Shown here: in pieces, positions 11,477-21,780 of the stretch | Layout of the letters: each line of letters starts with the position of its first letter | Position numbering within the stretch: position 1 is the first letter of the stretch | Notes under the pieces: generated by a model | The model's database searches: none | What the model was told of the DNA's origin: nothing | Seen by the model: the letters and a program-made list of their open reading frames with translations, nothing else | Origin: an uncultured delta proteobacterium | GTDB lineage: Bacteria > Desulfobacterota > Binatia > UBA9968 | Direction: 5' to 3' | DNA: 64,000 nucleotides | Assembly (NCBI GenBank): GCA_963755715.1 | Contig: CAVWLW010000009.1 | Coordinates: 17,347 to 81,346 of the forward strand | Made by a program: the position numbers and the translations under genes

Positions 11477-11526
11477 CGAACGGTCGCGACCGTTTCGATA
11501 AGAGGAATTTGCGAATGGAGGACAAA

Positions 11527-12422
11527 ATGTTTGGCGCCGAAACCCTTGACCACGTGGCTTTTCCGGTGCGCGATCTGCCGCGCTCGGAGAAATTTTATAT
11601 CGACACCGTCGGCCTGACGTTTCTCACCCAGCGCAAGAACGCCGACGGATCGCCGCGCCACACCTACGTCAAAGCCGGCGAAAATATCATCGGCTTAAAT
11701 CTGCCCGGTATTCAGGCCGATCCTTCCCCCAGCGGCGCGCCGCGTTACGCGGTGGCTGTGGGCTCCGAGGAAATGTTCGACGCGACGGTCGATAGAATCA
11801 AACAGTCCGGCGTCAGCCTGCGGCGACGTGCGCGAGCATGGCAGCGACTCGCCGTTTATTCGGTCGTTTCGCTTCACTGACTTCGATAACAATCATTTCG
11901 AGATCTGCATGAACCGCGAGTCTTTAGGCGACATCAGTTTGAGCCATGTCGTGTTCGAGACCAAGGATTTAGCAAAAGCGAAACAGTTTTATGCTGAAGC
12001 CCTCGGCCTGAAATTCGTCGGCGAGTCCGGATAACGAGCACTTCTTCGAATTTCCCAATCATCAGCTTTTAGCCGTCAAGCAAGTCGACGCGCTTTCCGA
12101 TCGGACGAAACGGCATGGCCGGGCCGTTCACGTCGCGTTTAACGTCAGTCAGGAAGATTTCGACCGCATGCTCGAGCTAATTCCCGCCTGCGGCGGCGCC
12201 AATCAGGGCGACTTTCGCTCTGAGGACGGTCTGCGCGCGCCCGGAGAACGCAGCATTTATTTTTCCGACCCGGATACTAACAAGCTGCAGATCACCGCCC
12301 TCGGCAAAGAGAACTGGTCGCTCATTTCCGACGAAGAGAAGTGGAAACGCACGGAAGAGAACCGAGAAAAACTCGGCAGAGGACTGTCGCGCTTCGACCG
12401 CGGCATCAAACCCAATCAATAA
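11527..12422 (+). CDS. Two-domain VOC/glyoxalase family protein (frameshifts at ~11820 and ~12030)
   Basis: GGAGG RBS; LDHVAFPVRDLPRSEKFY, FTDFDNNHFEI, LSHVVFETKDL, HVAFNV, SIYFSDPDTNKLQI. Confidence 0.82.
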
Positions 12423-12431
12423 GGATCAAAC

Positions 12432-13622
12432 GTGGCGCTCGAAAAACCGATCATTCCGACTTTTTCACTTGAAGAACGCGACCGCCGCTGGAATCTGTTG
12501 CGCCAGGAAATGCGCACCGCGGATCTGCACGCGCTCATCAGTTTGCCCAATGAAGGGCATTGGGATCAGTTCGGCGCCGATACGCGCTACATGACGCAGA
12601 TCGGCGGCACACAGACCGAAGTCGGCGCGGTGCTGCCAGTCGAAGGCGAAGTTACCGCAATCGTGCGCGGCGCCAATGAAATCGAATGGTGGGGCTTGGC
12701 ACAAGATTGGGTCAAAGACATCCGCCCGTCGCGCCGCTCTTACGGCGAGCCGGTCATCGAGCGCCTCAAGGAAATCCGCGCCGAGCGCGTCGGAGTCATC
12801 GGCCTCGCCGGCCTCGTGCGCGCGCCCGAGGGAATCGTGCCTTGGGGAACCTTTGAAAAGATCCGCGCGGCGCTTCCCACCGTCAAGTTTGAAAATGCCA
12901 CCGATCTCATGCAACAGGTTCGCTCGGTGAAAAGCGCTGAAGAGGTCGCCTTTATCGAGAAAGCCGCTGAGATCATCGGCAAAGCGATCGACGTGCTGAT
13001 CGAGCATGTCAAAGTCGGCGTGCGCGAAAATGAACTCATCGCCGAGATGTTGCGCGAGATCGTCTACCAGGGCGGCGAGCCGATCACCATGATGCTCTTC
13101 GGCACCGGCGGACCGGAAGTCCCCTGGGCGCAGCGCGTCTTTACAACGCGCGAGTTAAAGGCCGGCGATTTGATCAACACCGAAGTGGAAGGAAAATACG
13201 CCGGCTACATCGCCCAAGCGTTGCAACCGATCTCTCTCGGACCTAAACCCCAACAGTTGGAAAAAATTTTTGCCGCGACGAAAATCATCTTCGACAGGAT
13301 GCTCAAGATCCTAAAGCCAGGCGTCACCTTTGGTGAGGTCGTCCAGTTTTACCAAGATGAAGTCCAAGCCGCCGGTTACGAGCCCGACGGCGCGCTCATG
13401 CACGGCCGCGGCCTCGGCGAGGACGCGCCGATGCTCTGGGGCGCGCGCCGCGATTTTCCCGAAAAAGAAGCCAAGCTCAAAGAAGGTCATGTCTTCATCT
13501 TGAAGCCGGCTTGCAAGGAAGGCTTCATGCGCGACTCGATCCGCGCCGGCGATACCGTTGCGATCGAAGCCAATGGCGCGAGAAGGTTGGGAAAACGAGA
13601 GCTCACCTTCGTTAGTGTCTAA
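12432..13622 (+). CDS. M24 (Xaa-Pro aminopeptidase/creatinase) fold protein with non-canonical ligands
   Basis: FSLEERDRRW, RSVKSAEEV, GDLINTEVEGKYAGY, MHGRGLGED, FILKP, GDTV. Confidence 0.87.
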   Translation: MALEKPIIPTFSLEERDRRWNLLRQEMRTADLHALISLPNEGHWDQFGADTRYMTQIGGTQTEVGAVLPVEGEVTAIVRGANEIEWWGLAQDWVKDIRPSRRSYGEPVIERLKEIRAERVGVIGLAGLVRAPEGIVPWGTFEKIRAALPTVKFENATDLMQQVRSVKSAEEVAFIEKAAEIIGKAIDVLIEHVKVGVRENELIAEMLREIVYQGGEPITMMLFGTGGPEVPWAQRVFTTRELKAGDLINTEVEGKYAGYIAQALQPISLGPKPQQLEKIFAATKIIFDRMLKILKPGVTFGEVVQFYQDEVQAAGYEPDGALMHGRGLGEDAPMLWGARRDFPEKEAKLKEGHVFILKPACKEGFMRDSIRAGDTVAIEANGARRLGKRELTFVSV

Positions 13623-13749
13623 CCTCTCGTGTGCGTCGAAGCATCAGCGCGGATCGAACTTCGCCGAGGATCTGAGTGAATTTCATCTTGCAAAAAGATT
13701 TCTGATTCACCGCGGTCCCGCGCAATGAGACGCGTTTTTCTCATGACGG

Positions 13750-13780
13750 TTGTCATTTCGACCACAGGGAGAAATCCTTC
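13750..13780. repeat. TGTCAT-type REP-like element (single arm)
   Basis: tgtcatttcgaccacagggagaaatcct resembles the arms at 18451 and 34109. Confidence 0.5.
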
Positions 13781-13922
13781 TTCGCCTTTAGTCCCCCGTT
13801 TCTCCGATAACCCTCAACACTTCATGACTTCACTACCCCATTATTTCGACTCTCTCCCATCTTGTCACCCATTAAGCGTCGTATTATAGAATTGGCTAAG
13901 ATTCTCTCAACGGAGGTTTCCC

Positions 13923-14510
13923 ATGAGCGATGAAAATCTTAACCCCGACGCGCCGCTGCATATTCGCGGCTTAAATCATCTCACGATGCCAGTGAAAGAC
14001 CGCTATCGCGCCGCGCGATTCTATATCGTCGTACTCGGTGCAGAAGCGCATCATGAATCGGCTCCGGACCGCGCTGCCAAGGGACTCGCCCGCTCTTTGC
14101 AAACCGGCGTTCGCCTTGCCCCCGGCTTCGAGGTCGATCTCTTCGAGCAGAGCTACGGCCAGCCCGATTGGAATCAGTCCCATCCGCATTTGGCACTCGA
14201 TACATCGGCTGAAGACTTGGCGAAGTGGACGGAGCATTTTAAAAAATGGCAGGTGCCGTTCGTCGGACCGATGACACGCTCCGGCACGACAGGCGCCGAG
14301 ATTTATTTTAACGATCCCGACGGCAATCACCTCGAAATCCACTGCTCCAACGTGCCGCAAGCGCAACGCGAGCAATTCCCAGTCGGTCCTTACGACAAAG
14401 GTCAATGCGTGCACAAACAAGAGTGGCCGCCGAAGGAATTGGCCGACGAAGCCGAGCGGCTCTTTCAAGCGTCGCTGGCGCGCATGCGCGAACGCAGACA
14501 GCCCCACTGA
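13923..14510 (+). CDS. VOC/glyoxalase family protein
   Basis: GLNHLTMPVKD, HPHLALD, IYFNDPDGNHLEI; GGAGG RBS. Confidence 0.9.
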   Translation: MSDENLNPDAPLHIRGLNHLTMPVKDRYRAARFYIVVLGAEAHHESAPDRAAKGLARSLQTGVRLAPGFEVDLFEQSYGQPDWNQSHPHLALDTSAEDLAKWTEHFKKWQVPFVGPMTRSGTTGAEIYFNDPDGNHLEIHCSNVPQAQREQFPVGPYDKGQCVHKQEWPPKELADEAERLFQASLARMRERRQPH

Positions 14511-14528
14511 AACGAAGTTAGAAATGAT

Positions 14529-14820
14529 TTACCACGAAGGTCCCAGCGCGGCTGAGCCGCAACCGAAACTCGGAGTATCTCCCGCAAAGACGCAAAGGGC
14601 GCAAAGTTCGGAGATTGAGGGTGAAAATCATTTATAAGAGTTTTTGTCCTTTCCCCATAACCTTGGCGCCTTTGCGCCTTGGCGGGAGGAATTCCCGACT
14701 CCGAGTACTTTCGATGCCAGATTATTTGCGCAGGCCGCGCAAATTTTTAACTATAGTAATACGAAGCGCACGAAGTAGAAGAAAATTAAACCTTCGTGTC
14801 CTTCGTGCGCTTCGTGGTGA
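14529..14820. mobile_element. Nested non-autonomous repeat: CACGAAG palindrome interrupted by a 218-bp insert that contains a CGCAAAG palindrome
   Basis: Deleting 14543-14760 restores accacgaaggtcacgaagcgcacgaag, the inverted complement of cttcgtgtccttcgtgcgcttcgtggt at ~14792-14818. An uninterrupted copy lies at 50061-50146. Confidence 0.65.
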
Positions 14821-14834
14821 GTCAATTCCTACGC

Positions 14835-14861
14835 TTTGAACGACTTGAACGTTTTGAACGG
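14835..14861. repeat. 9-nt periodic TTGAAC tandem
   Basis: tttgaacgacttgaacgttttgaacg; related tandem at ~47139-47181. Confidence 0.55.
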
Positions 14862-14870
14862 AGCTTAATC

Positions 14871-16092
14871 ATGCCCGAACTCCACCCCTATCCCCGCTTC
14901 TCTCTTGCTGAACGCGACCGGCGTTGGAAAGCCGTGCGCGAGAAAATGGCCGAGCAAAATATCGACGTCATCGTCACGCCGCAGAACACCGGCCACTCGA
15001 TGGATTTTCAAGCCAACACCCGTTACTTGACCCACTGCGGCGGCGGCGGTGACGCCGATATCGCCGCGGTGTTTCCGCTAAACGGCGCGGTCACGGCGAT
15101 CGCGACGACGGCGAATCCGCGCTGGACCACTACGCAGGATTGGACCACCGATGTGCGCGAGGCGCGCCGCGAATATGGCAAGATCATCGTCGAGCGCTTA
15201 AAAGAATTGAAAATCGAACACGGCCGCATCGGCATCGCCGGCCTCGGCGAAGTCGAAGGCACGCGCACGCCGGAAGGAACGATTCTGCACGGCACCTACG
15301 AAAAAATCCGCGAAGCCTTTCCGCAAGCGGAGATCGTCGACGCCACGCCGATCTTGACCGAAGTCCGCTACACCAAGAGCGAGGAAGAAATCGCTGCCCT
15401 GACCAAATCGATGGAGATCGTCGAGCTTGCCTATCAAGCCGAGATCGAAGCCGCGCATCCGGGTGTCAAAGACTGGGACGTCTGGGCGTCGACGCAATAC
15501 GCGCTCATGCGCAACGGCTCGGAAATGCCCGTGCACTGCAATTGGATATCCGGGAAAAACGTCCGGCGCACATTGACCCGCCCGAGCATGCGCCTTCTCG
15601 AGCTCGGCGATCTGATCATCAACGAAGTCGAAGCGTCGTGGATCGGCTACCGCTCTCAGGGTGTGCAGCCGGTCTTTGTCGGCAAGGCCGATCCGATGCA
15701 TCAAGAGTTAATCAAAGTGCAGCGCGAGCTCTTCAATCGCGTGATGGAAAACCTGAAACCCGGCGTAACGGTCAAAGAGCTAGCCGAGTTGACGTTGAAG
15801 ACAAGCGCGACCGTCGCGCCGAAATCCGGCCCCGCGGCGGGCGCGCGCGGCGATTTGAATATGCACGGCCGCGGCGCCGGCGACGACGGTCCGATCATCA
15901 CCGCGCACGCCAAAAGCCCGCGCCAGCTCGCGATCGCGCTGCAGGAAAATATGGTGTTCATCTGCAAGCCCTCCGCCATCTCTGCCGACGGTCAATCGAT
16001 TAGCACCTGGGGCGACACCGTGGTGATCACGAAAAAGCGGCGGCAGGCGACTCGGCAAACGCCCGCATGATTTAGCCGTATCAGCGGGATGA
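14871..16092 (+). CDS. M24 fold protein, paralog of 12432..13622 (frameshift at ~16037)
   Basis: FSLAERDRRW, RYTKSEEEI, GDLIINEVEASWIGY, MHGRGAGDD, FICKP, WGDTV. Tail GGRRLGKRPHDLAVSAG* is in another frame. Confidence 0.87.
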
Positions 16093-16110
16093 TTACCATG
16101 CCGGTCCTAT

Positions 16111-16134
16111 CGTAGGGGCGACCGGCGGTCGCCC
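16111..16134 (+). repeat. GTAG-type REP element
   Basis: cGTAGGGGCGACC-ggc-GGTCGCCC between convergent genes; exact inverted copy at 56359-56382. Confidence 0.8.
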
Positions 16135-16147
16135 TATTCAGATAATT

Positions 16148-17670
16148 CTAACCCGCCTTGCGAAACGATCTTTTCCAAGCAAACAAAGCAACCGCGAGCG
16201 AGATAATCGTCATCGCCCACGCGAACCAATCGCCGAAACGCACGTAGAAGGTTTCGCCGTTTAGAATCTCGACTTCGGTTTGCATCGTATCCGCTCTGAA
16301 CATCGGCAGCGTTTTGACCACTTCGCCTTTGGCGTTCACCAACGAAGTGACGCCGGTGTTGGTCACGCGCAGCAGGCTACGGCGAGTTTCTATGGCGCGC
16401 GATTGCGCGAGCCATAAGTGTTGCCAAGGCCCGACGGTTTTTCCGTACCAGGCGTCATTGGTGAGATTTACCAGAATATTCGCGCGCGTTTCGCCGACGA
16501 ACTTACGCGATATGTCCGGCATCAAATCCTCATAGCAGATCAGCGGCGCAATCCGGACACCTCGAGATAAATTAAAAGCGATAGGCCCCGGTCCGGGCGT
16601 GAAGCCCTCGGCGAATGGTATTCCGGGTATAAGCGACAAGATTTTGGCGAACGGCAAGTATTCGCCGAAGGCAAGTAGTACCTGTTTGTGATAGCGGCCC
16701 AGGACCCGTCCTTTAGCGTCAGTGAAAAAAGCCGTGTTAAAGGCTTTGGCGCCGGGGCGGCCGAGCGTGCCGCGAAAACTTTTCGCGCCGAAGATAAAAT
16801 AGGTTTGGCTGGACTTGAATGACGGCATCACTTCCGGCGGCAGAGCCGGCAGATCCTCCGGCACCAGGAATTCGACCGCCGATTCCGGCCAAATCACCAA
16901 GCGCAACCGCATCCAACCGGTCGGTGAGCTTGCGGTGCTCATCAAGATTTTTCTGTGCCAAAGCAGGGTCCCATTTAAGATCGATATCCACGTTGCCCTG
17001 CACCGCGGCCACAGGCAATTTGCGCGCCGTTGCCATGTCCTCTCCGACGCTTTCAATTCTCTGGAATCCATAGACGAGCGACAATGCGATCACAAAAACC
17101 GAACAACCGAGCGGGAGAAAACGAACCGAGGGTTCCTGTTCTCGAGCAAGCCAGAGCTTGGAACAACGCCGCGTTAAACCAGACAACGATGAAACCAGCG
17201 CCGTAAGGTCCAACAAGATCGGCGCTCTGGATAAACCACAAAAATGACACCTGCGAGTTGGCCACGTGCCAGGGAAAAAGCAGCGGAAATAAAAATTCGA
17301 GCGCCACCCAGAACACAGCAGGAAATATGCACAAGGGACCGAGCCCGACGCTGCGCACCAGCAGCGCAAAGAGCGCCATTTGAATGGCCTGCAACGCGGC
17401 ATAGAGCAGAAAGACGATCGCGCTTATGGAATAAGGAAAGCCGCCAAAGGCACTGATCGTATAGACCAGCCAGTGAAATCCAATCAGATGCGCGACAAAG
17501 CCCATGAACCAGCCGCAAAACACCGCCTTGCGAAATGTTCCCGCGCGCTGAATTGCCCAAAAGAGCGGCACGAACGAGAGCCAAGCCAGCGGAAACAAGC
17601 GCGGCTCGAGGAAAGGCGCCGCCAGCAGGGCCGCGGAGAGCATCGAGAGAAGCATTTTTACCAATATCAC
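16148..17670 (-). CDS. lnt: Apolipoprotein N-acyltransferase (split by frameshifts)
   Basis: LAWLSFVPL, FPWH, VQGNV, VIWPESA, YHKQVLLAFGEYLP, PLICYEDL, NLTNDAWYG, RAIETRR..RVTNTG spread over three frames. Confidence 0.93.
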
Positions 17671-17715
17671 GGGTGAAATTATCGCGGCTGGGCAGATCGG
17701 AGGAAAACCGGCAAA

Positions 17716-18288
17716 CTAAATTTGCTTGACGCGAAAGTCATAGACGAGCTCAAGAAACTGCACGATGATCCTCGCGGTTACGCCCCACACGTCCCAGCCA
17801 TTCACGTAGAAGTGATAACTCGGGTGGCGGCCCGGTGAAAGATGTCCGTCTTGAGTAAAGTTCGCTTGCTCCATCAGTGACTCGATCCGCACCGAGGCCA
17901 CCGCGGTGGTCTCCGCGGGATCGAGGCGAAACTCGCAATGCGCCGGGATCACGCCGACGACGGGCGTAACGACGAGACCGTAACCCGCGGTGAACTCATC
18001 TAAACGGCCCAGTACGGTCACGCACTCAGGACCGATGCCGATTTCTTCGTAGCACTCGCGCAAGGCGGTTTCCGTTACGTCGGCGTCGCGCGCATCGACT
18101 CGTCCGCCCGGAAAGGCGATCTGCCCTTTATGAGTGCGCAGATGATCGGCCCGCTTGGTCAGCACGAGATAATCGCCGTCCCGCCGCTCTTGGATCGGTA
18201 TCAATACCGCGGCGGGCTTATGGCCGTTGCCGGTAATTGCCTGCGGCGAGCGGGCTTGGAGGGCTTTGGCGATTTTTTCTGCAATCAT
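17716..18288 (-). CDS. Nudix hydrolase, CoA pyrophosphatase (NudL-like)
   Basis: AAVLIP, LTKRADHLRTHKGQIAFPGG, TALRECYEEIG, VWGVTARI. Confidence 0.9.
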   Translation of the reverse strand: MIAEKIAKALQARSPQAITGNGHKPAAVLIPIQERRDGDYLVLTKRADHLRTHKGQIAFPGGRVDARDADVTETALRECYEEIGIGPECVTVLGRLDEFTAGYGLVVTPVVGVIPAHCEFRLDPAETTAVASVRIESLMEQANFTQDGHLSPGRHPSYHFYVNGWDVWGVTARIIVQFLELVYDFRVKQI

Positions 18289-18406
18289 TGCTGGGAAACT
18301 TTTTTGATCCGTAGGATCTATGATAGAACCAAATTCAAATTTAACCAAACTATAGGGGAAAGGGGGAGTGGTTCATTTTAATTGGCCATGAGTCTTCACA
18401 CGAGAA

Positions 18407-18477
18407 AGATTCCTCGCGTCCGCTCGGAATGACAACTAACTAAAAAAGCGTGTCATCTCGAACGAAGTGAGAGATCT
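18407..18477. repeat. TGTCAT/ATGACA-type REP-like pair
   Basis: agattcctcgcgtccgctcggaatgaca ... tgtcatctcgaacgaagtgagagatct. Confidence 0.7.
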
Positions 18478-18515
18478 TTCCCAAACTGAACCACTACCGG
18501 AAAAAACCTAGCGCC

Positions 18516-19172
18516 GTGAAAGACCGCGACATTCACGCAGCGATTCGAATCCTGCGCCGTGAAGTGCCCAAGTGGGAAACGCCGATCGTGACCCTTATGG
18601 CGGAAACCTACGAAAGCCCCTTCCGCGTGCTGATTTCCTGTATTCTCAGCTTGCGCACGCAGGATTCGACCACCGCCAAAGCGTCGCATCGCCTATTTGC
18701 TGTGGCGGATACGCCGCAAGCGATGGTGAAACTTTCGGCGAAAAAAATCGAGAAGCTGATCTACCCCGTCGGCTTTTACAAAACCAAGGCAAAAAATATT
18801 CTCGAAATCTGCCGGACATTAATCGACGAATACGGCGGCAAAGTTCCCGACGAAATCGACGACCTGCTAAAGTTCAAAGGCGTCGGGCGCAAGACCGCAA
18901 ATCTAGTGGTAACCCTTGGTTACAAAAAACCGGGAATCTGCGTCGACACGCACGTGCATCGGATTTCGAACCGCTGGGGCTACGTCGCCACGAAAACGCC
19001 GGAGAAAACCGAAATCGCGCTGCGCGCAAAGCTTCCCAAGCAATACTGGATCGAATACAACGATCTTCTGGTGAGTTTCGGCCAGCATCTGTGCCGGCCG
19101 ATCTCTCCCGTTTGCAGCGACTGTCCGGTCAAAAAATATTGTCGGCAAATCGGCGTAACCACGAGGCGATGA
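18516..19172 (+). CDS. nth: Endonuclease III
   Basis: PFRVLISCILSLRTQD, HhH motif FKGVGRKTANLV, VDTHVHRI, 4Fe-4S motif CRPISPVCSDCPVKKYC. Confidence 0.95.
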   Translation: MKDRDIHAAIRILRREVPKWETPIVTLMAETYESPFRVLISCILSLRTQDSTTAKASHRLFAVADTPQAMVKLSAKKIEKLIYPVGFYKTKAKNILEICRTLIDEYGGKVPDEIDDLLKFKGVGRKTANLVVTLGYKKPGICVDTHVHRISNRWGYVATKTPEKTEIALRAKLPKQYWIEYNDLLVSFGQHLCRPISPVCSDCPVKKYCRQIGVTTRR

Positions 19173-20404
19173 AGATGGCGCAAAAAATTCCCTCAGGTTA
19201 TTTCGCTCGGAATATCGAACCGCTCGGCTATCACGATTTAGACGGCAAGCCGGCATTTAAATTGGCGATGCAGGAAGTGAATCGTCGCTGGTATCTTTAC
19301 GTCGCCCATCTCTGGCATCGCGGCTGGAGCGTGCTCGACGTCACCGACCCGACGGCGCCGGAGTTTTGCAATTTTGTTCCCGGGCCGGAAAATACCTGGA
19401 CGATTCAGGTCCAGGTCGCCGAAGACAAGATGATCGCCGGCCTCGAACGCATCGCGCCGGGCTGGGGCGGCGCCGACGGCCACCCGTTCACCGAAGGTTT
19501 TTTCATCTTCGACGTGAGCGCGCCAACCGAGCCAAAAAAAATCGGTCATTTCCAAACCGGCAGCACGGGCACGCATCGCAATTTCTACGACGGCGGCAAT
19601 CTGGTTCATGCCGCAGCAGGCGCGCCGGGTTTAACCGGAAAAATTTACCGCATCGTCGATATCGCCGATCCGGGCGCCCCGCGCGAAGTCGGCCGCTTTT
19701 CATTGCCGGAGCAGGCGCAAGGTGCAACGACGAACGGCTTGAAATTTTCTTGCCACGGCCCGGCGCATATCGAAGGCGATCGCGCCTATCTTTCCTACGG
19801 CGACGGCGGCGGCATCATCCTCGACGTTGCCGACATGTCGCAGCCAAAATTGATCAGCCAAATCGCTTTTCGCGGCATCACAGCCACGCAAGGAATCCAT
19901 ACCTATCTGCCGCTGCCAAGGCGCAAAATGGCATTAATCAATGACGAAGCGATTCGCGAGAATGGCGACGAGAATCTCAACATGGCGGGGATCGTCGATA
20001 TCAGCGACGAAAAGCGGCCGCGCATGCTGTCCCTCTTCCCGCTGCCCGAACCCGCGCCGGAAAGCGAGCTGAAGAATTTTTACGAGAAAGCCGGCCGCTT
20101 CGGCCCGCACAACCATCATCATCCGAATCATCAACTCTGTCTCGAAGATCGAGACGACGTCGCTTATCTCACGTATTTCAATGCTGGACTGAGAGTCTAT
20201 GATATTCGCGACGCCCGCCAGCCCAAAGAGATCGCCAATTTCGTGCCTGCGGACCCAACGATGCGAATCGGCCTCAAGCCAAGCCGATTAGCCGCGCAAT
20301 CCGAAGACGTGCTCGTCGACCGGCGCGGCTGTATTTATCTGAGCGATAAAAATCATGGGATTCACATTCTGCGGGTCAAAGAAATTTGGTCGTATGCGGC
20401 GTAA
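19169..20404 (+). CDS. LVIVD-repeat beta-propeller protein
   Basis: Repeated VLDVTDPTAP / IFDVSAPTEP / IVDIADPGAP / IVDISDEKRP / VYDIRDARQP; FGPHN motif. ATGA overlap with nth. Confidence 0.85.
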   Translation: MKMAQKIPSGYFARNIEPLGYHDLDGKPAFKLAMQEVNRRWYLYVAHLWHRGWSVLDVTDPTAPEFCNFVPGPENTWTIQVQVAEDKMIAGLERIAPGWGGADGHPFTEGFFIFDVSAPTEPKKIGHFQTGSTGTHRNFYDGGNLVHAAAGAPGLTGKIYRIVDIADPGAPREVGRFSLPEQAQGATTNGLKFSCHGPAHIEGDRAYLSYGDGGGIILDVADMSQPKLISQIAFRGITATQGIHTYLPLPRRKMALINDEAIRENGDENLNMAGIVDISDEKRPRMLSLFPLPEPAPESELKNFYEKAGRFGPHNHHHPNHQLCLEDRDDVAYLTYFNAGLRVYDIRDARQPKEIANFVPADPTMRIGLKPSRLAAQSEDVLVDRRGCIYLSDKNHGIHILRVKEIWSYAA

Positions 20405-20509
20405 GTCTGAACGGAAAGCGTTCTTCGCTTTTTTCTCAGGCGAAAAGACAAGCGCCACCGATCCCGGTGGCGCTTGAATGTGAATATGTGAAGCGAGAGC
20501 TCTTTTCTG

Positions 20510-20833
20510 CTACGGTTTCATCGATTCGGGAAAATATTTCGAAGGCGCCCAGACATTGACCGTGAAGTGGTTGCAACCGAGAATGCGCAACTCGCGCATG
20601 ATGCGAATATAGTCTTGAGAATCGATAAAGTCGCGCCAGTTGTCCAAGGTCTCGAAGTCGATGGTAATGGCGACATGCGGTGTTACTTCCAAAGGATTTC
20701 GGTAGTTGCGAACCTCGATCACGCCCTTGTGCGCCAGCGTAGTCGGCAGCCAATCGTTTTTAGCCTTGTTCGCGTAGATCGTCAGGTTCGCCTTTTGATC
20801 CGGCAAATCCCACTGAATGACGAAGTGGACCAT
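20510..20833 (-). CDS. Small hypothetical protein, probable dimeric alpha+beta barrel (EthD/ABM-like)
   Basis: 107 aa with an AAGGA RBS, directly after the SDR; IDFETLDNWRDFIDSQDY pattern. Confidence 0.65.
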   Translation of the reverse strand: MVHFVIQWDLPDQKANLTIYANKAKNDWLPTTLAHKGVIEVRNYRNPLEVTPHVAITIDFETLDNWRDFIDSQDYIRIMRELRILGCNHFTVNVWAPSKYFPESMKP

Positions 20834-20846
20834 GATCGTATCCTTC

Positions 20847-21638
20847 TTACTGTGTCGCCCTGACTAAACCGCCGTCGACCGCGATCGTCGTGCCGGTGAT
20901 GTAGGTGCCTCGATCCGAGCCGAGAAACACGATGAGATCAGCGACCTCTTCTGCCGTCCCGTAGCGGCCGAGCGGCACTTCGGCCGCCATCTCTCGATTG
21001 ATGTCTTCCACCGGCCGCTTCAGGCGATCGGCCCGCGCCTTGTTCAATTTCTGCGCGCGCTCGGTATCGATCCGCCCAGGGCAAATATTATTAAACAGAA
21101 TATTGTCACCGGCGAGCTCGCGCGAAAGAGTCTTCGCCCAACCGATGACCGCGCTGCGCACTGCATTAGACAGAACCAATCCGGCGATCGGCTCCTTGAC
21201 GGAATAAGAAGTAATGTTGACGACTTTGCCGCCGCCGACCTTGCGCATGTGCGGAACCGCTTCGCGGGTCATGCGCATGGTGCTCATGAAACTCAGATTA
21301 AAGGCGCTCTGCCAATCCTCGTCGGTAAATTTCATGAAATCGCCCGGAGGCGGTCCGCCGGCGTTGTTGACGATGATGTCCAAGCGGCCGAAGTGTTCGG
21401 CGCTCTGATTGACGAACTTTTTTATGTCCTCCGGCTTCGCCATATCGGCCACCATGGCCAGCACCTCGCCGCCGGTTTCTTTGCGAATCATGGCCGCGGC
21501 TTCGTTAAGTGCTGCTTCGCCGCGCGCGCAGATCGCCACTTTTGCCCCTTCACGAGCGAATCCCGATGCCGTCGCGCGGCCCATCCCCTGGCTGGCGCCA
21601 GCCACCAAGGCAACCTTACCTTTTAATCCTAAATCCAT
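20847..21638 (-). CDS. Short-chain dehydrogenase/reductase (FabG-like)
   Basis: GASQGMG, VNNAGGPPPG, PGRIDTER, PLGRYG, YITGTTIAVDGG; LSNAVR in place of YxxxK. Confidence 0.9.
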   Translation of the reverse strand: MDLGLKGKVALVAGASQGMGRATASGFAREGAKVAICARGEAALNEAAAMIRKETGGEVLAMVADMAKPEDIKKFVNQSAEHFGRLDIIVNNAGGPPPGDFMKFTDEDWQSAFNLSFMSTMRMTREAVPHMRKVGGGKVVNITSYSVKEPIAGLVLSNAVRSAVIGWAKTLSRELAGDNILFNNICPGRIDTERAQKLNKARADRLKRPVEDINREMAAEVPLGRYGTAEEVADLIVFLGSDRGTYITGTTIAVDGGLVRATQ

Positions 21639-21780
21639 TCTTGCTTGTCCCCCCGGTCGTTTACGTGTGCCGGATACTAGCAAACCGTATACAAGGGGTC
21701 AAAAGAGAAAGCGCAAATTTGCGCTGACGTAAATCGGCGAGAAACGCAGCGACCCGCGCCACGCCTGATCGACTCGACTG

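Noticed and set aside
10363-11880. Apparent 505-aa SBP-VOC fusion in the ORF track
   Set aside because: Produced by a frameshift at ~11322. The SBP has its own stop at 11476 and the VOC gene its own GGAGG RBS and ATG at 11527.
14529-14861. CRISPR array
   Set aside because: Units are 7-9 nt and inverted, with no 23-47 nt direct repeats separated by unique spacers and no cas genes.
18572-20404. 610-aa ORF overlapping nth
   Set aside because: The first ~200 aa are the alternative frame of nth; the LVIVD protein starts at 19169.
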